From contig JBIQJB010000005.1 of NCBI GenBank assembly GCA_044507735.1, positions 1-34,198 of the forward strand: a stretch of 34,198 nucleotides of DNA, in the 5' to 3' direction. The notes beneath the pieces were generated by a model. It did not search any database and was not told the origin of the DNA. It worked only from the letters and a program-made list of their open reading frames with translations. Source of the DNA: Nitrosopumilales archaeon (GTDB taxonomy: Archaea; Thermoproteota; Nitrososphaeria; Nitrososphaerales; Nitrososphaeraceae). Of the stretch, positions 27,524 to 34,198 are shown one piece after another; position 1 is the stretch's first letter; every line of letters starts with the position of its first letter. Position numbers and translations under genes: made by a program.

Positions 27524-28069
27524 ATGATCAATGGAAGGCTGGTAGGCAACAGAATAGTAGTCTGGGATGTACCCGATGCAAGAACCATTTTTGGAAGTGG
27601 CTATTACGGCAAGCCCCTTGGTATCCCAAAGCCAAAAGGGTTAGATTTCGATGCGCCGCTTGTACTCGACCTCATTGAGGGTTGCTATCTTGTCGAGAAG
27701 AACAAGCTGAAAGTGTCACAGATCGATGGAAAATCCGTGCCATTCGCTGAAATAAAGAGGATATGCAAGAAGCAGTATGCAGATTTTGAAACTCAATATT
27801 TTGTATTTCAGAACCTCCGTGACAAGGGCTACATAGTTACTCCGGGCATAAAATTTGGCTGTGACTTTGCAGTCTATGAACAAGGACCGGGGATTGATCA
27901 TGCGCCATATCTTGTGCAAGTATACAGACCTGTAGACGATCTTACTGCAACAGGTGTAGTGCTTGCAGGTAGGCTCGCAACCACTGTGAAAAAACAATTC
28001 ATCCTTGCAATCCCGAAAATAAAAGAGAAGAAAGTGGATTACATCGGGTTTGACTGGTGGCGCGCATGA
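27524..28069 (+). CDS. endA: tRNA-splicing endonuclease, catalytic subunit
   Basis: GIKFGCDFAVY, PGIDHAPYLV and GRLATTVKK carry the Tyr-His-Lys triad. Confidence 0.95.
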   Translation: MINGRLVGNRIVVWDVPDARTIFGSGYYGKPLGIPKPKGLDFDAPLVLDLIEGCYLVEKNKLKVSQIDGKSVPFAEIKRICKKQYADFETQYFVFQNLRDKGYIVTPGIKFGCDFAVYEQGPGIDHAPYLVQVYRPVDDLTATGVVLAGRLATTVKKQFILAIPKIKEKKVDYIGFDWWRA

Positions 28070-28717
28070 CTAGCCGATTGTTGCCTGCACCATCTTTTCT
28101 CCCTTTGCAGGCAAATCAAACTTGACAAAGTTCTCCCCCGATATGGTAAGCCGGACAGAATACTTCTCTGAACCTTGCTCAAGCCAACCCTTGTAGCGGA
28201 TCGAGTTCTTTGCAACGTCAATGATGCTTGGTTTTTTCTCATTCACTTCTTCATAACATGACAGGATCTCGCCAAACTTTACTTCCTGTTGCTTGTTGAA
28301 CTTGGTCAAATAATAAACAAAGATCGCTGCCTTCTCGTAGTGGTTGGAAGGTTTTTTCTCTGCATAAAACTCGCGAAGTCCTACCTTGCTTTCGTTGGCC
28401 TTCAGGTCAACCGGAATGGGATGTATGGTGACTGAGGGCTTTGAGGAATTCTTGCTGCCGCTTGGTTTCTGCTGGGGTGTTTCCTCTACAAATGAGACTT
28501 CTTGTTGAATTTGCGGGGGTAATGCAGCTTGTGCTCGTTGCGCGCTCAGCGCAATGCCTTGTTCCAGACCTCTAGTCATGGCCTCCTTTACTGCCATCTT
28601 GAAGATTTCTTCGAATTTTTCAAGGTGTTTGTCGACAAAGCTCTCTTTGCCTTCGAGTTCGACTATGCCCTCCCTGACGTTAATTGTAAATCTTGCTTCT
28701 GAACCGCTCACTTGCAA
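28070..28717 (-). CDS. Hypothetical protein: N-terminal short module, Q/P/S-rich linker, C-terminal wHTH-like domain
   Basis: Uninterrupted 215-aa ORF abutting the endA stop; C-terminal KGWL...RLTISGENFV resembles a winged-helix wing. Confidence 0.8.
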   Translation of the reverse strand: MQVSGSEARFTINVREGIVELEGKESFVDKHLEKFEEIFKMAVKEAMTRGLEQGIALSAQRAQAALPPQIQQEVSFVEETPQQKPSGSKNSSKPSVTIHPIPVDLKANESKVGLREFYAEKKPSNHYEKAAIFVYYLTKFNKQQEVKFGEILSCYEEVNEKKPSIIDVAKNSIRYKGWLEQGSEKYSVRLTISGENFVKFDLPAKGEKMVQATIG

Positions 28718-28827
28718 TATGGCAATAGAGGTTTTTAATTAAGTTGCCGGTCGAAGCATGTTTTCAAAAATTGCAATTAGAGCACAATCGGCTGTCTTAA
28801 ATATCTCCGCAGCAATAGCATATCGCG

Positions 28828-29100
28828 ATGTTTGTCGTGAAAAAACTTGGCAAGAATGGGACGTGGAGCGCTGTGAGCCTTATCGATGAGAATGGTTCCT
28901 TTAGAGGCGAGGCCAAGTTTGAGACACGGAAAGAAGCTGAGCAGTATATGGAAGAGTATGTTGTGAGGATGAAAAGTCGCCACAGGTCTGGAACCAGTGG
29001 ATACGGAGAGATCAGGGTTTTTGACGAAAGCAAGCAAGAAGGAGAAGAAGAGGTCAAGAAGAAAAAGAAACCGTCTCCAAAGACCAGAAAATCTCGTTGA
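28828..29100 (+). CDS. Small hypothetical protein with a Lys-rich tail
   Basis: 90-aa ATG ORF with TTAAATA about 28 nt upstream; F-x-T-x-x-EA-x-x-Y beta-alpha pattern. Confidence 0.75.
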   Translation: MFVVKKLGKNGTWSAVSLIDENGSFRGEAKFETRKEAEQYMEEYVVRMKSRHRSGTSGYGEIRVFDESKQEGEEEVKKKKKPSPKTRKSR

Positions 29101-29708
29101 TCGCTTGAAATCACGAATAATGCTAAGAAATAGGTATTACGTAGAGATGCTCTCTACTCGCTTCTAGGTTGTGCCGAAGATTGATGGCCTTGATGGATTG
29201 GTGGATTTTTCGATGGTTTTTCTTCGCAATTTTTCAAGAGCACGCAAGAATCCCGCGGAACACACTCTCCGACCGCCAAGCATGTTTGCCACCACAATCT
29301 TGTTCGTGCAAATCTTAAGACTGGCCTTCTGAAGCGTATGAAGGGCAATATGAGGGGGCTTTCTAATGTGACAAATGCCTTCATCAGGTTCTGGGTGCAA
29401 CTGTTCTATTGGGAACAATCAGCCATTTCAGTGATAGAACAGGAAGGCGTCTACGACGATCCCACTATGAGCACAGATGGATGGGAGCAGTGTAAAATAT
29501 TGCGATCAGTGGATATGCCTGCTTTCTTGCACCTGCAATACATTGCCGAGAAAAGCCATCAAGTTCAGATTATCCGCGAGGGAAATAGCGTAGAGACGTT
29601 CTGTCTTAATATTAGGAATAAAGATTGCAGTAAATATATAAATAACATGTTTTCGCGAACCAAAAGAGCTTTAAGGTAGGAACGTCATAATAATAACGTG
29701 AATTAGAG

Positions 29709-29840
29709 ATGTTTGTATGCCACACCTGTAAGGGAACGGCGTTAATTCTAGCAGTTGAAAACGATGGCAGGCTGTGCTTTGAGGAATGTCCTGAATGCAA
29801 CCCACATCCCGACTCGCATAACCTCATTCTTGAAAAATAA
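29709..29840 (+). CDS. 43-aa CxxC...CxxC zinc-binding microprotein (not in the ORF track)
   Basis: Hand translation MFVCHTCKGTALILAVENDGRLCFEECPECNPHPDSHNLILEK; BRE/TATA-like CAAAAGAGCTTTAAG at 29661-29675. Confidence 0.7.
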   Translation: MFVCHTCKGTALILAVENDGRLCFEECPECNPHPDSHNLILEK

Positions 29841-30358
29841 TGATTGCACATTTTCTGGTTGGATGATTTCATCCTATCATTTTGTCCAACTTGTAAAGAT
29901 GTTCACTCCTCAAAGCGATGGCGGTTCTTAGTTGTGTTTAGAATCCACTGTGATGGATGCTATTGTCATCATACAGTCATCAGCAGTCAAATCGTTATAT
30001 TCCATGGCATATGAGTCTCATAAGAGCAGATGACTTTCGAAAAAGTGCGACATGCAGCCCGATTTTGCAAATTTCACCCACATTCATGCCGCTCAGAGAC
30101 ATTCAAATATGACCTTTTTGCGAATCATGCAACAAAACAATTCCACCACAAATTCCTTCTGCGAGCAGGCTTTTCACTGAGATCTTTTTGCCTGCCACTC
30201 ATCTCTTCGCCGGCAAATAATATTGACTGCCATATTCTACTTTACCCTTTAGGCCGACAACCAATGGGGAATGAAAGCACATGCTAGGAAAAACATCACA
30301 TGTGTTCCAGCCACATAATATGGGAGCCTGAGACGCTTATTCCTGAATCGCATCTAGA

Positions 30359-30796
30359 TTATTTTAGAGGAGGCAGGATAATTTGCTGCTTGATCCGGTT
30401 GGCTAATTTGGTCAATTCTTCTTGCGATGCTACCCTTCGCGCGGGCCACCTGCCATCGGGACTATCATCATGAAAACGTGGCACAATATGGATATGCACA
30501 TGAGGCACTATTTGATTGGCAGCTATGCCGTTATTCTGACCCACATTAAAGCCGTCGGCCTTGACTGCTGAAACAACGGCCTTGGCAATTGCAGGAACAA
30601 GCGAATACAACCTGCCGACTTCGGCTGGAGGCATCTGCAGTAGATTCTCATAGTGCTTTGTCGGCATCACCAGCGTATGCCCTGAGTTTATGGGATACTT
30701 ATCCATTAGGACCAAAAAATCAGCGTCGCGGTAAACCTGTGCGCCAGGTTCCTCGCCCCCAATGATGGAGCAGAATATGCACGATTTTGTTGACAT
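30359..30796 (-). CDS. HIT family nucleotide hydrolase
   Basis: CIFC, GHTLVMP, NNG...Q and PHVHIHIVPR motifs; start likely ATG 30796. Confidence 0.95.
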   Translation of the reverse strand: MSTKSCIFCSIIGGEEPGAQVYRDADFLVLMDKYPINSGHTLVMPTKHYENLLQMPPAEVGRLYSLVPAIAKAVVSAVKADGFNVGQNNGIAANQIVPHVHIHIVPRFHDDSPDGRWPARRVASQEELTKLANRIKQQIILPPLK

Positions 30797-30892
30797 GTAA
30801 TACGAACCTGCTTGAACTGATTGCATCTTTATTTTTTGCTATCCTCCGAGTACGAATTTTTAAATACACCAGAGTTCCGACTTTAATTGTAC

Positions 30893-31084
30893 ATGGCCGA
30901 AACACTTGAGCTTGACAGCTTTGATATCAGTTTCTCTTTCCACTGTCCAAAGTGCGATTATTTGAATGAAGAGGTATCGGCCAGAGATCTTTCCAGTGGC
31001 AATGCAGAATGTGGCATGTGCGAGACCATTTTCAAGGTGGAGGGGCTCGATGCCGTCAAGATAACCGCCACTCTTGATGAATAG
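30893..31084 (+). CDS. Small acidic zinc-ribbon protein
   Basis: FHCPKC...ECGMCETIF; TTTAAATA about 30 nt upstream. Confidence 0.78.
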   Translation: MAETLELDSFDISFSFHCPKCDYLNEEVSARDLSSGNAECGMCETIFKVEGLDAVKITATLDE

Positions 31085-31133
31085 CCCTCCTTCAAATATG
31101 TTAAAATATGCATCCTGAGCCTCGCTAATTGTA

Positions 31134-32813
31134 ATGGAACTGCCAAGCAGAAAGGTGATAGAAGGACCGGCTAGGGCTCCTCACAGAGCAATGTATAAGG
31201 CAATGGGCCTGACTAATGACGATCTTAGCGGGCCGATCATAGGCGTATCCTCTACATGTAACGAGGCCACCCCTTGCAATATACACTTGGGCCAGCTGGC
31301 GCAGAGTGCAAAGCGTGGAGTAAAGGACGCAGGCTGCACTCCTAGGGAATTCACCGCCATTGCAGTATCTGACGGCATTGCTATGGGTCATGAAGGCATG
31401 AAGGCTTCACTTGTGAGCAGAGAAGTGATTGCTGATTCTATAGAAGTAATGGTCCGAGCTCACCAGTACGATGGTGTGGTTGGGATATCCGGCTGTGACA
31501 AGAGTCTTCCCGGTACGCTAATGGGGATGGGCAGGCTCAATCTTCCATCCATATTTGTATACGGCGGGACCATAATGCCGGGTGTATGGAATGGTAAACA
31601 AGTAACAGTACAAGATGTCTATGAAGCAGTGGGCTCGTACGACGCGGGCAAAATGACATTGCAAGAGTTGCTAAGTCTTGAAGATGTTGCTTGCCCTACA
31701 GCCGGTTCATGTGCTGGAATGTATACTGCCAACACGATGGCTTCTATAAGTGAAGCAATCGGTATGTCGCTTCCGGGAAGTGCTTCGCCCCCCGCTGAGA
31801 GCGAAAAGAGACACGAAATCTGTTACAATACCGGGAAGGCAATAATGAGCCTGCTTGAAAATAACATCCGTCCACGCGACATAATGACATTTGAAGCGTT
31901 TGAAAACGCAATAATGATGGCAAATGCCATCGGAGGTTCAACGAACGCAGTCCTCCACCTGCTTGCAATAGCAAGAGAAGTAGGCGTTAAACTTACGTTG
32001 TCTGACTTTGAAAGGATTCGCAAGCGCACACCTCACATAGCCGACATGAGGCCTGGAGGTATGTACGTTATGCTCGACCTTGACAAGGTGGGAGGCGTGC
32101 CGGTAATACTGAATAGTCTGCTCAAGAAGGGACTCTTGCATGGCGACGTTATGACTGTCACTGGAAAGACGATGAGGCAGAATCTCGAATCGATGGCCTT
32201 CAACTATACACCTGATGCCAAGGTTGTGAAACATCTTGACAACCCCCTCAAGAGCGAAGGCACACTCAAGATTCTGAAGGGTACTCTTGCACCGGACGGG
32301 GCGGTTGTAAAGCTGGCGGGGGTCCAGAGCAAGAGATTTGTGGGCAAAGCGCGTGTATTTGACTCAGAAGAAAGGGCCTTTGAGGCGATATCAAAGCGAA
32401 AGATCGTGGAGGGCGACGTCGTGGTCATACGATATGAAGGTCCGAAGGGCGGGCCCGGCATGCGTGAAATGCTGGCAGTAACCGCTGCTCTTGTAGGGCA
32501 AGGTCTTGGAGAAAAGGTTGCAATGGTCACAGACGGCAGGTTCTCCGGAGCCACAAGAGGGTTCATGATTGGTCATGTAGCACCTGAAGCAATGGTTGGA
32601 GGTCCGATAGCACTTGTGAAGGAAGGCGACGAGATTGTGATAGACACAACCAAGAGTAAGATCGACTTGATGGTATCAAAGGCAGAGCTGAAAAAGAGGG
32701 CAAAGAGGTGGAAGCCGATAAAGCCGCACTATAAAACTGGTGCACTTGCAAAATACGCATCACTTGTCCAGTCTGCATCCGTGGGTGCAGTGACGCTCCC
32801 AGTAAAAGTTTAA
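31134..32813 (+). CDS. ilvD: Dihydroxy-acid dehydratase
   Basis: [41 protein letters not shown] and TDGRFSG motifs. Confidence 0.98.
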   Translation: MELPSRKVIEGPARAPHRAMYKAMGLTNDDLSGPIIGVSSTCNEATPCNIHLGQLAQSAKRGVKDAGCTPREFTAIAVSDGIAMGHEGMKASLVSREVIADSIEVMVRAHQYDGVVGISGCDKSLPGTLMGMGRLNLPSIFVYGGTIMPGVWNGKQVTVQDVYEAVGSYDAGKMTLQELLSLEDVACPTAGSCAGMYTANTMASISEAIGMSLPGSASPPAESEKRHEICYNTGKAIMSLLENNIRPRDIMTFEAFENAIMMANAIGGSTNAVLHLLAIAREVGVKLTLSDFERIRKRTPHIADMRPGGMYVMLDLDKVGGVPVILNSLLKKGLLHGDVMTVTGKTMRQNLESMAFNYTPDAKVVKHLDNPLKSEGTLKILKGTLAPDGAVVKLAGVQSKRFVGKARVFDSEERAFEAISKRKIVEGDVVVIRYEGPKGGPGMREMLAVTAALVGQGLGEKVAMVTDGRFSGATRGFMIGHVAPEAMVGGPIALVKEGDEIVIDTTKSKIDLMVSKAELKKRAKRWKPIKPHYKTGALAKYASLVQSASVGAVTLPVKV

Positions 32814-32814
32814 A
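32809..32814 (+). promoter_or_regulatory. Candidate TATA box (TTTAAA, BRE-like AAAAG) for trpE, overlapping the ilvD stop
   Basis: Consensus archaeal TATA about 50 nt upstream of the trpE GTG. Confidence 0.45.
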
Positions 32815-32864
32815 TGACATTTGCAGTGCACATAGGCCGACAGGCTAGGAGAACATGAGAAAGG

Positions 32865-34198
32865 GTGGTTACTTTTGGGCAGTCCGCGGACAACTCGATC
32901 AAGATAAGCAAACTAGCCACATCTGAAGATCAATTTGGACTCTTTAAAAAGATCTATTCTTTGTACGATCGGGCATTCATTCTGGAATCACTTATCGGGC
33001 CAAAAGAACTGGCCGAGATGTCGGTCATCGGTTTTGATCCCGAGATTACGATTACCTGTGACGCAAGGAAATTCGTTGTTCGGGACAGGAAGGGCAAGGT
33101 AATCCAGAGCTCATCGGTTACAGAGCCCCTTGCGCAGCTGAGAGAACTGGTGCCGAGGGTTAACGATGACCGGTTCCGCTACATAGGTGGCGCAGTCGGA
33201 TACATCAACTACGATGCAGTACGATTCTGGGAGAAACTGCCCGTAAAAGGAAAGAAAAAAAGCACATTCCCTCTACTGGAATTTGGTATCTACAAAGACG
33301 GAATACTGTACAATCACAAGGAAAATCAAGCATACTACTTCTTCCTGGAGAACTCGCGCATGGCAGAACTGGAGAAAAAGATCGCAAATATCAAGAATAA
33401 GAAACAGCGGTTCTCATATTCCACTCCTCGCAGGAACGTGACAAGACAGAGATTCATCAAAATGGTGAGGAAGGCAAAGCACTATGTCTATGAAGGCGAT
33501 GTCTTTCAAGTGGTGCTTGCAAAAAGCATTAACTTCAACGTCCGCGGCAGCTTGATCAATCTTTACGAAAGCCTCCGTGAAATCAACCCTTCACCCTACA
33601 TGTTCCTGCTCAAAATGTCCAGTCGATGCATAATTGGCTCAAGCCCGGAAATGCTAGTCCGCGTTACAAAAGATCAAGTCGAAACATTCCCCATCGCAGG
33701 AACTCGCCCCATAGTAGCAGATGAAAAGAGAAACGAAGAGCTGCGTCAAGACCTACTCAACGATGAAAAGGAACTCGCGGAACATACAATGCTGGTAGAC
33801 TTGGCGAGAAACGATATAGGGAGAGTATGCAAATTTGGCACGGTACGAGTCAATGAGCTGATGACGGTAAAACGCTTTAGCCACGTACAACATATCGTTT
33901 CTCATGTGGTCGGAACGTTGCAAGAGGATTATGATTCGTATGATGCCCTAAAGGCAGTATTTCCTGCCGGCACGGTTTCAGGCGCTCCGAAGGTTCGTGC
34001 TATGGAAATAATCGACGAGCTTGAACCATCATTGAGAGGTCCGTATGCTGGAGCACTTGGCTACTTTTCCTTCAACGGTTCTGCAGATTTTGCCATTACA
34101 ATAAGATCCATTTTCATAAATGGCAAAAGGGGATACATTGAGTCAGGAGCTGGCATCGTCATGGATTCTGACCCAGAGCGCGAGTGGGCAGAGACCGA
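32865..34198 (+). CDS. trpE: Anthranilate synthase component I (runs off the window end; absent from the ORF track)
   Basis: Hand translation from GTG 32865 ([11 protein letters not shown]...FILESLIGP) gives [53 protein letters not shown] and SGAGIV. Confidence 0.92.
   Translation, partial: MVTFGQSADNSIKISKLATSEDQFGLFKKIYSLYDRAFILESLIGPKELAEMSVIGFDPEITITCDARKFVVRDRKGKVIQSSSVTEPLAQLRELVPRVNDDRFRYIGGAVGYINYDAVRFWEKLPVKGKKKSTFPLLEFGIYKDGILYNHKENQAYYFFLENSRMAELEKKIANIKNKKQRFSYSTPRRNVTRQRFIKMVRKAKHYVYEGDVFQVVLAKSINFNVRGSLINLYESLREINPSPYMFLLKMSSRCIIGSSPEMLVRVTKDQVETFPIAGTRPIVADEKRNEELRQDLLNDEKELAEHTMLVDLARNDIGRVCKFGTVRVNELMTVKRFSHVQHIVSHVVGTLQEDYDSYDALKAVFPAGTVSGAPKVRAMEIIDELEPSLRGPYAGALGYFSFNGSADFAITIRSIFINGKRGYIESGAGIVMDSDPEREWAET

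Noticed and set aside
29150-29680. ORFs 29154..29384, 29164..29418 and 29338..29679
   Set aside because: Mutually overlapping with no motifs; probably degraded sequence.
29850-30350. ORF 30030..30287 (+) and short minus-strand fragments
   Set aside because: No coding-like features or family motifs recognised.
1-34198. CRISPR array, IS/transposase, integrase, provirus, rRNA or tRNA
   Set aside because: No periodic repeats, terminal inverted repeats with transposase, or relevant motifs seen by eye; short or degenerate elements could have been missed.

Overview
Archaeal chromosomal window, most likely from a soil ammonia-oxidising thaumarchaeon of Nitrososphaera type. This is inferred from archaeal-type informational genes (aIF-2alpha, Nop10, S15/S3ae, Pcc1, Rpp30/Pop5, EndA), cobalamin genes and TTTAAG/TTTAAA-type TATA boxes. 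It is mostly housekeeping DNA: a partial cobalamin cluster (cbiX, cbiC, cbiA, cobO), aIF-2alpha-nop10-GGR-thioesterase, a small glycosylation cluster, a PrpB/ICL-family lyase with a VOC gene, AMMECR1 and GT28, the conserved rps15-DHH-pcc1-serS-rps3ae-DUF54-rpp30-pop5 run, a radical SAM gene, a polysaccharide deacetylase, DUF47-endA, HIT, ilvD and a 3'-truncated trpE. I saw no CRISPR array, transposase, integrase, tRNA or rRNA. The best unexplained signals are: (i) a separately promoted box C/D guide sRNA after pop5, with a guide matching the 23S peptidyl-transferase region; (ii) an out-of-frame upstream ORF with consecutive Tyr-Phe-Trp codons overlapping the trpE start; (iii) a coiled-coil + basic + canonical C2H2 zinc-finger protein next to a winged-helix regulator; (iv) several Cys-rich microproteins, two of them below the ORF-track cutoff; (v) several stretches that look like decayed genes. 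All family calls come from motif recognition by eye, not database searches.
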